Below, piece by piece: positions 36,879 to 46,167 of a DNA stretch of 47,354 nucleotides. The notes under the pieces were generated by a model, which was not told the DNA's origin, did no database searches, and saw nothing but the letters and a program-made list of their open reading frames with translations. Origin of the DNA: a virus (Duplodnaviria > Caudoviricetes); the IMG/VR virus record IMGVR_UViG_3300009472_000001, positions 1 to 47,354 of that record; one strand, 5' to 3'. The number at the start of each line of letters is the position of its first letter. The first letter of the stretch is position 1. Position numbers and translations under genes: made by a program.

Positions 36879-37943
36879 TTACGCGATTTCGCGCGCATAT
36901 GCCCAGCCAGTCTTGCCAGTGTAGTCCGTCTTGATTTCCAAGCCTACGTTCGCCCATGTCAGGAAATTGTAGTTGTCGAACGGGTTGGCGCGGAACAATG
37001 GAACAGTCGTTACACCCATGCCGACAAGTGGACGGATGAATTGCGAGGACAGAACCCCATAAACAACCTCGTTACCACTAAGCGAACGGTCAACCTTGAT
37101 CGCAGCAGTTCCCGCCAATTCCATCAACGTTTGCATAACGGTCTTGCCAGCATCGCCAGAACCAGTGCCGTAGAACTGTTCAAGGTTTGATGCGATATCA
37201 GCCGAAACGTAATAGGTGATGTTGCCCGTGACGTTGTTGTCGATCCACAACTTATCGCGCATTGCAATCCAGCCCGCACGAATAGCAGCAGGATCGGTGC
37301 TTGTTGCAAAGTTGATATTCAAATCAGTCACGTCCAGATCAACAGCTTGAACCTTGGTCGATGTCTTGATGCCGTATGCAACAGTGCCGTTGAATGACTT
37401 GTCAACGCCGTCATAGATGTGACCCGCAATGGTATCCATCAGCTTGCGTGTTGCGTTGGCTTGGTCATCAACCAGAGCGTCAAAGCCCTCAGAGCGCTGA
37501 CCTTCCATTTCCATCCAAGTCCGGCCAAAGCCAGTCTTGTGGAACAGCTTGATGGAACTGTCATAATCGTACTGCGCTTTGTCCAGTTCGGCAGGTACGC
37601 TCATATCAAGGTCAGACACGACAACACCGCTATCAGACACGGTACGATAGACGTGTTCAACTTTGCCCAATGGAAGCGCCTTAGCCAGTGGCATCAGGTC
37701 TTGCATCAGCGTCAGGTTGTTTTCGCGCATCAGTTGAGTTGTCTGGTTTTCAAACTCCAAGAACACATCGCGCGGGATGTAAGCCGCCGCGTTGGTCACA
37801 ACCGCCTGACCGTCGTTATCGCGGGTCAACGTGGCCTCTTGCTTGTTGAAATACTTCCAGCGCGCTAGAACGTGGTCGCGCTGTTTCGTGTGGTTCTTGC
37901 CGGAATTACCCACGGCAAACTTGGGATCAAAGTAAAGTGCCAT
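36879..37943 (-). CDS. Major capsid protein
   Basis: 354 aa following protease/scaffold and decoration genes; followed by a terminator. Confidence 0.88.
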   Translation of the reverse strand: MALYFDPKFAVGNSGKNHTKQRDHVLARWKYFNKQEATLTRDNDGQAVVTNAAAYIPRDVFLEFENQTTQLMRENNLTLMQDLMPLAKALPLGKVEHVYRTVSDSGVVVSDLDMSVPAELDKAQYDYDSSIKLFHKTGFGRTWMEMEGQRSEGFDALVDDQANATRKLMDTIAGHIYDGVDKSFNGTVAYGIKTSTKVQAVDLDVTDLNINFATSTDPAAIRAGWIAMRDKLWIDNNVTGNITYYVSADIASNLEQFYGTGSGDAGKTVMQTLMELAGTAAIKVDRSLSGNEVVYGVLSSQFIRPLVGMGVTTVPLFRANPFDNYNFLTWANVGLEIKTDYTGKTGWAYAREIA

Positions 37944-37961
37944 ATTATTTATAGCCTTTCA

Positions 37962-38429
37962 TTATGCTGTTGCAGGGACGCCAGAAGCGACATAGCGGAC
38001 ACGAAGGCGACCAGTTGCGCCGGATGTAGTCAACGCTTCCTCCGCAACGAATAGAACAACGTCAGGGGTTGCACCTGTTGCCGTTGCTTCGACTACAGTG
38101 CCATCACCACCAGATGCCAACATGTCACCTTTGATGATAGCTTCACCATCGGCTAGGATCACGTTATAGGTGCGGCCAACCTCGGGGATAAACGCCCGCA
38201 CGTCGTCACCAACCGTAACGGCTTCTGTGACTGACTTCTGGCGGATAACATCCATGTCCAGAATATACAAGTCACCACCACCACCCGCGATGGAATGCGC
38301 CTGAAAGTCACCCGATGCGTCAAGTTCTACCAGAGTGCCGGGCAGGCTTGCGGCGGTTGCTTTTGCTTCACGGCGAATTGGTGCCGTGTTCGATGCGGGA
38401 CCGGAGAATACTACGTTTGCAGTGGTCAT
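37962..38429 (-). CDS. Head decoration/cement protein
   Basis: PGTLV, KGDMLASGGDG; directly upstream of MCP. Confidence 0.75.
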   Translation of the reverse strand: MTTANVVFSGPASNTAPIRREAKATAASLPGTLVELDASGDFQAHSIAGGGGDLYILDMDVIRQKSVTEAVTVGDDVRAFIPEVGRTYNVILADGEAIIKGDMLASGGDGTVVEATATGATPDVVLFVAEEALTTSGATGRLRVRYVASGVPATA

Positions 38430-39511
38430 TATTTGCCCTCCCAACCAGCGGAAAACCCAAAGTCATCATTGCCGTCATTGGCTTTGAATGCGTTCACTAC
38501 ACCGGGTGCCGTCTTGTGCATATTGGCAAGCACTTCAAGCGCCTCAATATCCAGCTTGGCGGCCACTTCTTCTGGCATCACGCCGCTGTTTGCGACCTTG
38601 GCAACCAGTTCGGCCTTTTTGGCTTCACTGGCTGCATTTGCCAACTTAGCCGCGTTTGCCTGCGCTTCGATCAGGGGCTTCAACGCCTCGTTTACGACAG
38701 CCGCAACGTCCATTTCCGCAAGTTTATTTACCTTGGCGGAAAGGTCGGCAAACTGTTCTTTTGTGACTTCCGTCATATCAGATACCTCGTTTGATATTGT
38801 TTCAGTTTCCCCGCCAAGACCAAGGGCCTCAAGTACAGCGGATTTGATTTGCATCCACTTAGATGCATCCTCTTTGCGCGATACTGCGCGCACGAGTTCT
38901 TGGCCTAGATAGTCGATTTCATCATCTAGGCTCGAATTAATAACGCGAACACTGGCCCCATTCACCATCATGCCAACGCCTTGATCTGGTGTTGCAGCGC
39001 CCGGTTCGTCCAGCAAAATGGCGTCGTGGTCAAATTCCATCGCGTACGCTTCATATTGCGCGGCGTCGTCTTGGCTATTACGCAGCAAGCACATAAGCCC
39101 CGTTGACGTGTGAATTGGCTTGCCTTCTTTGATCGCGTTAAGGACACGCTGGCCCATCTTGCTCTCATTGGCGCGCTCTTTGTCAATCACCTTGTCAACC
39201 ATCACGCGGCCATTGTCTTGGCGCACGTTCTCGTTATACGCACCGAACCAACCAATACTAAGCCCAAGCGGTGACTTGGCGCTGATAAACTCACCATTCG
39301 ATACGGGATGCCCAAGCGGTGCTGGCGTACCCTCAAGACTGGCAAAGCTGGCCTTGATCTCATCAGCAGGATATCGAATGCCATTCATTACTACGTTGTC
39401 AGGCAATGTCGCAGAACGAACCACGATAACCTCACGCCCGTTGCGGGTTTCCTCTCGGATCATGTCACCATTAACCCGCTGCGTGATATTGACCCGTACT
39501 TGTTCGCTCAT
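38429..39511 (-). CDS. Prohead protease/scaffold (DUF2213-like)
   Basis: PAPLGHP, STGL, FDHDAILLDEPGA; helical scaffold-like C-terminus. Confidence 0.85.
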   Translation of the reverse strand: MSEQVRVNITQRVNGDMIREETRNGREVIVVRSATLPDNVVMNGIRYPADEIKASFASLEGTPAPLGHPVSNGEFISAKSPLGLSIGWFGAYNENVRQDNGRVMVDKVIDKERANESKMGQRVLNAIKEGKPIHTSTGLMCLLRNSQDDAAQYEAYAMEFDHDAILLDEPGAATPDQGVGMMVNGASVRVINSSLDDEIDYLGQELVRAVSRKEDASKWMQIKSAVLEALGLGGETETISNEVSDMTEVTKEQFADLSAKVNKLAEMDVAAVVNEALKPLIEAQANAAKLANAASEAKKAELVAKVANSGVMPEEVAAKLDIEALEVLANMHKTAPGVVNAFKANDGNDDFGFSAGWEGK

Positions 39512-39715
39512 GTGAATATCCTTAACATTGGAACCATAATAGCCGCTATTACCCTTGCGCGCAAATTGCCGCGCGTTGGTCCCTGTTGGCTAGATCGGGA
39601 TGCGCCATGCAACGGCTGATAAATTTATCTTTACTCTCGCCCATGGATGGGGTAGGCATGTGTTACGCTCCTGTTTGGGGCAGGTTAACAAATAGCGCAA
39701 GGAGGCGCAAAGTAG

Positions 39716-40069
39716 ATGGCAAAGCTAGTAACACCATGCTGGATGACACCTGATGGAAAAGTTTTTGAACGTGAGGTGGACGCACATAGTCACGTTATGA
39801 TATGGGAGGCCATGCGTTCGTCTAGAGGGTGTTGGAAAGATGTTACTGGATGGACGCAACACAAATCAGGTAATGCCTTACTTATTAGTGACTTACCAAA
39901 CAATAATACCATGATTGTTGTTCTGGAAAGCGTTAATCAGGCAAAAAGTTGGGTAAATCTTCCACAAAGCGTTGCAACGAAAAGCACAATTTACGAATTA
40001 ACAACGCCAATAACACTTGATCGCGTTGTGCCACCAGTTTACGAATGGTCAGATGGAAAGGATACTTAA
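39716..40069 (+). CDS. Hypothetical protein (plus-strand island)
   Basis: AAGGAGG RBS; TPDGKVFE motif. Confidence 0.65.
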   Translation: MAKLVTPCWMTPDGKVFEREVDAHSHVMIWEAMRSSRGCWKDVTGWTQHKSGNALLISDLPNNNTMIVVLESVNQAKSWVNLPQSVATKSTIYELTTPITLDRVVPPVYEWSDGKDT

Positions 40070-40222
40070 ATGACACTGAAAAGCGATGCAAACCAAAAGC
40101 TGCGAAAGGCAGTTGCAGATATTGTAACGGCGCATGGTGAAAAAGATACGTTCGGATATGTTGGCGCGCTATGGGCCGCCGATGCAATTATTGAACTGGT
40201 TAAGAAGGAAGTGGGCAAATGA
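40070..40222 (+). CDS. Small hypothetical protein (50 aa)
   Basis: MTLKSDANQKLRKAVAD...; AAGGA RBS, ATGA overlap. Confidence 0.55.
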   Translation: MTLKSDANQKLRKAVADIVTAHGEKDTFGYVGALWAADAIIELVKKEVGK

Positions 40223-40362
40223 AACAGATATTTTTATTCGCGCATAATATTTGGGCAGATATTGCAGCGGAAAGTGAATTATTTTACCGCGCAACTGATG
40301 TTGATGGTGTAGTGACGTATGTATTAAAAGATGGCCTAGAACAAATCAGGACGCAGCAATAA
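40219..40362 (+). CDS. Small hypothetical protein (47 aa)
   Basis: MKQIFLFAHNIW...; coupled ORF. Confidence 0.45.
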   Translation: MKQIFLFAHNIWADIAAESELFYRATDVDGVVTYVLKDGLEQIRTQQ

Positions 40363-40410
40363 AAATAAAGGTGACAGCATCACCATCACGTTATAGCATC
40401 AACGGGCGGC

Positions 40411-41292
40411 CTAACCAACCGCCCGTTTCTTAGCTGCCTGCAATCGTTCAATTAGCTTTTGCCCGAATACAGGTTCGCCATCCTTGCCGATGGTGACTTC
40501 TGTTTGCGAGCAAAGGCAATTGATCGCATTTCCCGCCTCACTATAGAATTCCGTCACCTCGTCCGTCGTGTAAAGATTGCCGTGACGCTGCATATGTGAC
40601 AGCCGCGACCGATCAGGGATAAGCGCGCTGTACCAAAGCATTTTTACTTTGATGCCGAATTTATCCTCTGCATCGCGGGCCTCGTCCACACGACCACGAC
40701 GCAATGCGCCCGTGATCTCAGTCCGCGCGATACGTTCGGCCCGTGTCTTGGATACCGCAAACCGACGCCGGATCAATCTAGCCACGTTGCGCGGGTTCTC
40801 GCCATCCTGCACCGCCTGAAATAACACGCGGCCAAGATCGGCAGCGGTATCACTGGCGAAACCCTCCATAAACTCAAACACACGCGCCCCGGCTAACGCA
40901 GCCCGCCGCAATACCGGATTGCTGGCCAAGTGCATTGTGACGCTGCGGGTGTAATCGTCGGACAGTCGGCTCAGGTTCTCTACAGCCTTTGCCACGCCTT
41001 CCCGATAACTTGCGTCCGTCTGGCTGGATACAACGCGCCGACCATTGCCTTGTTTCAGTGTATCAGAGATCATCGCAACAATCCGACGCAATTCGTTTAA
41101 GTCAATCAGGTATTCATAAAATGATCGGTTAAGCAAGCGCCCGTTTTGACGCGCAACAGGCAACGCAGCCCAAGCCTCAAGCGTAAGGCGTTGGGCTGCA
41201 TCAATGTCCTTAAACATAGCGCGGCGTGATTTGGCGATACGATCAGTACCGCCAATTGGGTTGGATGGGTGGCGCGGGATTAGGGGGTTCAC
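40411..41292 (-). CDS. Minor head/morphogenesis protein (SPP1 gp7/Mu F-like)
   Basis: RAERIARTE, SH..RHG, INCLCS. Confidence 0.88.
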   Translation of the reverse strand: MNPLIPRHPSNPIGGTDRIAKSRRAMFKDIDAAQRLTLEAWAALPVARQNGRLLNRSFYEYLIDLNELRRIVAMISDTLKQGNGRRVVSSQTDASYREGVAKAVENLSRLSDDYTRSVTMHLASNPVLRRAALAGARVFEFMEGFASDTAADLGRVLFQAVQDGENPRNVARLIRRRFAVSKTRAERIARTEITGALRRGRVDEARDAEDKFGIKVKMLWYSALIPDRSRLSHMQRHGNLYTTDEVTEFYSEAGNAINCLCSQTEVTIGKDGEPVFGQKLIERLQAAKKRAVG

Positions 41293-41486
41293 TTCCCAAC
41301 CACCGCAATTGTCTGCCCGCCAACCGCCATAAACGTAGACACAAGCAATGTCACCAAGTCCTCTAGCCCATCATCGCCACGCAAGCAAGTATGGCCATTT
41401 GCGTTCTTATATGGCGTGTATTGACGCCCAACCGTATAGGCTGGCGATGTGGCGTGGGTGCATATCACTGGTTTATTCGGGGTCAT
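41289..41486 (-). CDS. Small hypothetical protein
   Basis: Coupled ORF; YTVGRQY..DDG. Confidence 0.55.
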   Translation of the reverse strand: MTPNKPVICTHATSPAYTVGRQYTPYKNANGHTCLRGDDGLEDLVTLLVSTFMAVGGQTIAVVGK

Positions 41487-41602
41487 ACATCCACCACCAA
41501 TACCAATTCAGTGCCATCCACATACCAATCCACAACGGTATCCCAATCAACGCCCATTACAGCGGCATAGCACCGCGCCGCTGTGTTGTCACGGTCGGTC
41601 AT
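41483..41602 (-). CDS. Small hypothetical protein (39 aa)
   Basis: MTDRDNTAARCY...; overlaps portal stop and next start. Confidence 0.4.
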   Translation of the reverse strand: MTDRDNTAARCYAAVMGVDWDTVVDWYVDGTELVLVVDV

Positions 41603-42987
41603 TATTCATCACCACCTTGTTCTTCGTCTCCATCTTCTTCTCCTTCTTCTTCTACAATTTCGCTAAACCCCTCGTCGCCTACAAGCGGTTCGTAGTCAAT
41701 CATAGCACGTAGCTCATCTGCGGTAAAGATCATTCCGCCGCTACCCATATTCTTTTGGTTCACGTCGCTCAACCCCTTTAAGATTTCGACCTTCTCACCA
41801 AGGGTTGGCGCGGTCAAGTCGGACCAATCAATATACCAGTCACGCTCGGGCAACACGCCGACGCGTTCCAGCTTTTCAATGATGTCCATGATATTAGGGA
41901 CCACCATCATTGAACGGCGGCTCATGTTGATTTGCGCCCATTCACGCGCATCCTCGGTGCTGGCCCGTTCGCCCGTCTGCATACCCACAAGCACCTTCTG
42001 CGGGATAGGCCAGCTTGCCGCGATCTCTTGCAATGCGATATTGTAGAAGTGTTCAGGCGATGGCAACGTGACCGAAAGCGTCTTGGCTTCCATGCCTTGA
42101 AGGATCAGCGATACATCGAACCCCTTGGACCACTTTGCGACAACATCATCAAGCGCGTCAGGCAATCCGGCCGTGTCAGTGCCAAGCATCGCGGCAAGTT
42201 GGTTGAAGTCCACATCTGGACTAGCTTGCAATACGGGTTGCGCTTTGGCATTCTTCCAGAAGCCCTCACCACCCGCGCCCCTGATCTTTTCCACGTCCAT
42301 CAGCGCGTTATAGCAGCTTTCCAGTTTGCTTTCGCCCCATGTCGTGCGATCCTTTGACCACACATAGACGCGATCCGGGTGCACCGTGAATTGGCGCATT
42401 TTGCCAGTTTCGTTATCAACCGCATTTTCATTGAACATAAACATCTTAGGTTGACCGTAGCTTTCAGATGTTGGGTCAGTATGCCACTCGGAAACTTCTA
42501 GCTGTTCCTCCCATGCAGGAATAACACCCACAAGCCCGTTAATACCCCCAGAAACGGCACCTACAGGTTGATCCCATCTATTACCATCCGCAAGCCGAAG
42601 CAACACGCCAGCGTATTTGCCAACCATGCTGCGGGTGTCAGTTTCAGCAAGCGATTGCCACAACCGGATACTGCTGAACTTCTGCCGTATCGTGAGTTCT
42701 AGGCCCGTTTCCTCGTGGTCATCCTCACTCTCACGCAATGCAGGTTGATCTTGCCAAGTCTTGCCAGCCGTGCGCGTAACAAGTGCCTTTGCAATACCAT
42801 GGCGTCGATACATCCGATACGCCGAATTGAAGTCAATTTCGGTTTCAGTCGGGTATCCAAAATCATACGCCAAGTTGTGCTTTGGGTTGCTGTTTGGCAT
42901 TGCGCCAAAGATGTTTTGGCCGGGGTTGATGTAATTCCCCACCATTCGCGCGGCCATTGCTTGGTTAGCTGTCAGTTTCATATTCAT
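41602..42987 (-). CDS. Portal protein (DUF1073-like)
   Basis: After TerL; FGYP, MYRRHGIA, VHPDRV, LVGMQTGERASTED. Confidence 0.88.
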   Translation of the reverse strand: MNMKLTANQAMAARMVGNYINPGQNIFGAMPNSNPKHNLAYDFGYPTETEIDFNSAYRMYRRHGIAKALVTRTAGKTWQDQPALRESEDDHEETGLELTIRQKFSSIRLWQSLAETDTRSMVGKYAGVLLRLADGNRWDQPVGAVSGGINGLVGVIPAWEEQLEVSEWHTDPTSESYGQPKMFMFNENAVDNETGKMRQFTVHPDRVYVWSKDRTTWGESKLESCYNALMDVEKIRGAGGEGFWKNAKAQPVLQASPDVDFNQLAAMLGTDTAGLPDALDDVVAKWSKGFDVSLILQGMEAKTLSVTLPSPEHFYNIALQEIAASWPIPQKVLVGMQTGERASTEDAREWAQINMSRRSMMVVPNIMDIIEKLERVGVLPERDWYIDWSDLTAPTLGEKVEILKGLSDVNQKNMGSGGMIFTADELRAMIDYEPLVGDEGFSEIVEEEGEEDGDEEQGGDE

Positions 42988-44363
42988 TTCCTGTATTTTT
43001 GCTTAACCATGATGCCAACGCTTGTTACACCCACTTGGATAGGACTATACGCCATTATGAACGCATCCGCCATGTTTGGCGACTTCACATCACGCTTGGC
43101 TAGGTCTTTCTTGCTTTCAACCTTGCTCTTACCCGTCGGTGAATAGTCTTTATGCGGCGTTGACAATTCAATCAATAATGCCTCAAGGTTTTTGCACTTA
43201 GATGATATTGATATAACGTCGCTGGGGTCAATCTCTGCACCCTGCGTCACGGCCATATGTGTTGCGCGAACACGATCAGCCACACCGAACCACGCCTGCG
43301 CCTTGATGTTTTCAAAGTGGTCCTTATTCAATACGCCCGGTTGATATTCCTTATCGGGGTTCACAACGCGGCTACCTGCATTGAATTTGCGGTACACCAC
43401 ATTAGCCTTTTCAGTCTCGTTGATTGCCTTGAAATGAGCGCCCGCCGATGCCCCAACGCCAATGCTGTCATAATCAATTTCAGCACCATGTTCGCGGGCT
43501 AGTCGATATGCCCTGCTACATGATTTAAGTAATTCATCCTCTTGGCCCTTCCATTTATCAACGGCCATGCAAAGCTGACCATGCGTGACAACCGTAGAGT
43601 TAAGGTCGCCACCATCGTCTGCAATGTCGAACCCAACACGACGCCGCCCTGTTGGTTCGATCCCCAACTTGATATGCGCGTCAATGCAGCTATCAAGGAA
43701 CGTGCGCTTGATGATTGCCGCGTCATCATTGGATAGCGCCTGACCTTTATAAATGTGGTCGTATGCGTCTGGATCGACTAGCTTTAGGCGTTCGGCTTTC
43801 TTTCGCGCTGTCTCTGGCAGGAATGGGTTTTGGTCATAGTTGATATGCCGGATAACGCAATCATCCTCGCCAAGCACCGTTGGGAGTTTGGCTTGCACAA
43901 AATCGGTTTGAAGGCGCGGGTTCCATAGCACCCAAACCTGACTGCCTTCTTTCCGGATTGTAGGGTCAATGACTTGCCATTGCGCCTCGGTAAGACCCTC
44001 ACCTTCCTCAATCCAGCAAATGTCTATCCCTTCGGTGCCTTTGATTTCTTCAATATTGCGCGCGATGCCATAGAACAGGAACTCAGAACCCGTTGACTTG
44101 TGACGGATAGTTGACACGCCGATATCAAATTCATCGCGCCATCCAATTTCTGTGATCTTGGCGACTAGGATCGTGTAAACGCTATGACTGATACGGCTTT
44201 GGAATTGGCGCAAACACAAAAAGCGCACAGAAAAATTGCCCGCTAGATATACAGCAAAGCCCGCCGCATCTTGTGTCTTAGACGAAAACCGCCCGCCCTT
44301 TAGCAACTTATACGGACGCGGGTCCGTCCAAAAGTCACTCAGGTTCGGGTTTAGCTGGTACAT
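42984..44363 (-). CDS. terL: Terminase large subunit (PBSX/Terminase_3-like)
   Basis: GGRFSSKT, WIEEGE, PTIRK, GFDIADDGGD, SPNMADA. Confidence 0.95.
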   Translation of the reverse strand: MYQLNPNLSDFWTDPRPYKLLKGGRFSSKTQDAAGFAVYLAGNFSVRFLCLRQFQSRISHSVYTILVAKITEIGWRDEFDIGVSTIRHKSTGSEFLFYGIARNIEEIKGTEGIDICWIEEGEGLTEAQWQVIDPTIRKEGSQVWVLWNPRLQTDFVQAKLPTVLGEDDCVIRHINYDQNPFLPETARKKAERLKLVDPDAYDHIYKGQALSNDDAAIIKRTFLDSCIDAHIKLGIEPTGRRRVGFDIADDGGDLNSTVVTHGQLCMAVDKWKGQEDELLKSCSRAYRLAREHGAEIDYDSIGVGASAGAHFKAINETEKANVVYRKFNAGSRVVNPDKEYQPGVLNKDHFENIKAQAWFGVADRVRATHMAVTQGAEIDPSDVISISSKCKNLEALLIELSTPHKDYSPTGKSKVESKKDLAKRDVKSPNMADAFIMAYSPIQVGVTSVGIMVKQKYRK

Positions 44364-44727
44364 CTTGATCCTTGTAGAAGTCAGACAGATTGCGACCCTT
44401 TGGCGACATAGACCCATCTGCGCTAGACAGATCAACGGATTGTTTCGCCTTGCCTGCGTTACGGTCAATCGCGTCATTGATGATCTGGTTGGCGGCTGCG
44501 GTCACGATTGCAGGCACCAATTCATCAGGGGCGTCTGCGAGGTCATCCGCAAGCGCTGATAGGGCGTCTAGTTGCTTGTCACGCAATGCGAGCGCCTTGT
44601 TATGCTGTTCGTAATGCCGTTCGCGCTGCTTAGACGTAAACCCACCCTTATTGATATCGTCGGGACGCTCACCAAAGCCACCCTTGCCGCTTGGGTTGTT
44701 TACCGTGCCTTTTTTAACGCCTGCCAT
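44335..44727 (-). CDS. Terminase small subunit (probable)
   Basis: NNPSGKGG N-terminus, DR..GKAKQSVDLS..DGSM; directly upstream of TerL; GGAGG RBS. Confidence 0.75.
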   Translation of the reverse strand: MAGVKKGTVNNPSGKGGFGERPDDINKGGFTSKQRERHYEQHNKALALRDKQLDALSALADDLADAPDELVPAIVTAAANQIINDAIDRNAGKAKQSVDLSSADGSMSPKGRNLSDFYKDQDVPAKPEPE

Positions 44728-44838
44728 AACATCCTCCGTTGATGCCCCCAATGGAGGCGTCGCTCTACAGAAAAGGAGAATAAACTGGAACGCCGCCACG
44801 TAGCGACGGGAGGCGCGCACTACGCATAATCAACATAG

Positions 44839-44871
44839 CCTATTGACGCGGCGTCGGCAAATTGGTATCGG
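44839..44871 (+). promoter_or_regulatory. Sigma70-like promoter divergent from terS
   Basis: TTGACG-N17-TATCGG; 14-bp identity to 19823-19836. Confidence 0.6.
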
Positions 44872-44901
44872 TTGATGGTAAGCATGAAAAAGGAGATTGA
44901 T

Positions 44902-45477
44902 ATGCAAACGGGAACGCTTAAAGAACTGGACGTTAAGGCTGGGGATGTGGTGGAGTGTGTTGGCATCATGGATGGTAACGCTGGGCTTGGAGAAGTTATG
45001 ACAATCAATTCAGACGGTGATGCATGTAAGGCTGGGTTTGGTCTTTTTGACCCGATATATGACGAACGATACAATCGGACATACCGCATCATCTCACGCG
45101 CCAACACCACACCAACAACATGGGCCGAAGTGACCGACGCGGAAAAAGGTGCGATCTTGTTGGCGGTGCATAATGGTTCGGACATTGAAGCCATCGACCC
45201 CGCCGACGAATGGGATACATGGGAAACTGTAGGTGCGTATTCATTTGGCGAACGTATCGCATACCGCATCCGTCAAACGCCCTCTTGGTTGCCGCTTGTG
45301 GTTGGCGGTAAGTATGCAACCTATACAGGCGACAGGGAATGCATTGCTGTGATTGATGGAAAGGCGTGGTTGACATCTGGTGGTGATACTGCGGCTTATA
45401 CATGGGACGCAAATACTGGAGCAACACTCAGCCTTTTCGGACATACTGACTACAACATCACGGGGCTTGCGAAATGA
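44902..45477 (+). CDS. Hypothetical mosaic-family protein
   Basis: TLKELDVKAGDVV...ISRA, EKGAILLA..AYRIR, VGGKYAT modules; AAGGAG RBS. Confidence 0.8.
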   Translation: MQTGTLKELDVKAGDVVECVGIMDGNAGLGEVMTINSDGDACKAGFGLFDPIYDERYNRTYRIISRANTTPTTWAEVTDAEKGAILLAVHNGSDIEAIDPADEWDTWETVGAYSFGERIAYRIRQTPSWLPLVVGGKYATYTGDRECIAVIDGKAWLTSGGDTAAYTWDANTGATLSLFGHTDYNITGLAK

Positions 45478-45557
45478 TTGAGGCAATTATCACATTTGCG
45501 AACCTTGCCGCGTTCTCATTGCCGTTTATTGCCTTAACATATTGGATTGAAAAATGA
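45474..45557 (+). CDS. 27-aa membrane peptide
   Basis: MIEAIITFANLAAFSLPFIALTYWIEK; ATGA overlaps both sides. Confidence 0.45.
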   Translation: MIEAIITFANLAAFSLPFIALTYWIEK

Positions 45558-45691
45558 CCGTGTATCTTGACCTTTTGTTTTCGTTAGTAGGATTTGGGTT
45601 TCACATATACGGCGTGTACCTGTGGGCGTGGCGAAATGAAACGCTGGAGGCAATCATGCTTGTTATTTTGGGTATGGGGATGATGCAATGA
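45554..45691 (+). CDS. 45-aa membrane protein
   Basis: MTVYLDLLFSLVGFGFHIYGVYLWAW...; ATGA overlaps. Confidence 0.5.
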   Translation: MTVYLDLLFSLVGFGFHIYGVYLWAWRNETLEAIMLVILGMGMMQ

Positions 45692-46167
45692 CCATATGGA
45701 AGTCCGGCAACGTGAACCGCTGGCATAATCACGACAACCACGCCTTACGCAATAGCACCGACACCAATTGGCAACATCAAGCGCGTGTTGCGGTGTTGTT
45801 GTGGCAAATCGCGCCACATCTTGCAGACGCCAATACAATCATGGCGGCACTGTTGCATGATGCACCTGAAAAGATAACAGGCGACAACCCCGGACCTGCA
45901 AAAACTGGCGATCTAAAGCGTGTTCTGGGCGCACTGCATGATAAATACATGGTTGATAATGATCTGCCATTTGCAACATCATCGGCGCATGGCATGGCAA
46001 TCAACATGTGCGACAAGCTGGACGCCTACCTATGGGCGCGATATATTGACCCGCGCATTGTGGACTGTGAGGCATGGCAATCTCAGCTATCACGCGCGGC
46101 TGTAATTTCGGCTGATCTAGGCGTATCTGATAAGTTTTGGGAGGTAGTGACCAATGCAATCGATTGA
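45688..46167 (+). CDS. HD-domain phosphohydrolase (YfbR/5'-deoxynucleotidase-like)
   Basis: RWH, QHQARVA, ALLHDAPE..GD.P.P.K, CDKLDA. Confidence 0.85.
   Translation: MTIWKSGNVNRWHNHDNHALRNSTDTNWQHQARVAVLLWQIAPHLADANTIMAALLHDAPEKITGDNPGPAKTGDLKRVLGALHDKYMVDNDLPFATSSAHGMAINMCDKLDAYLWARYIDPRIVDCEAWQSQLSRAAVISADLGVSDKFWEVVTNAID

Noticed and set aside
41602-42987. Anti-CBASS Acb1 label sometimes attached to DUF1073 proteins
   Set aside because: Size and position directly after TerL identify it as the portal; no 2H-phosphoesterase domain is evident
45688-46167. Z-genome (purZ/datZ/mazZ) or 7-deazaguanine modification system
   Set aside because: No purZ, mazZ, que/dpd genes or phage polymerase recognised anywhere in the genome
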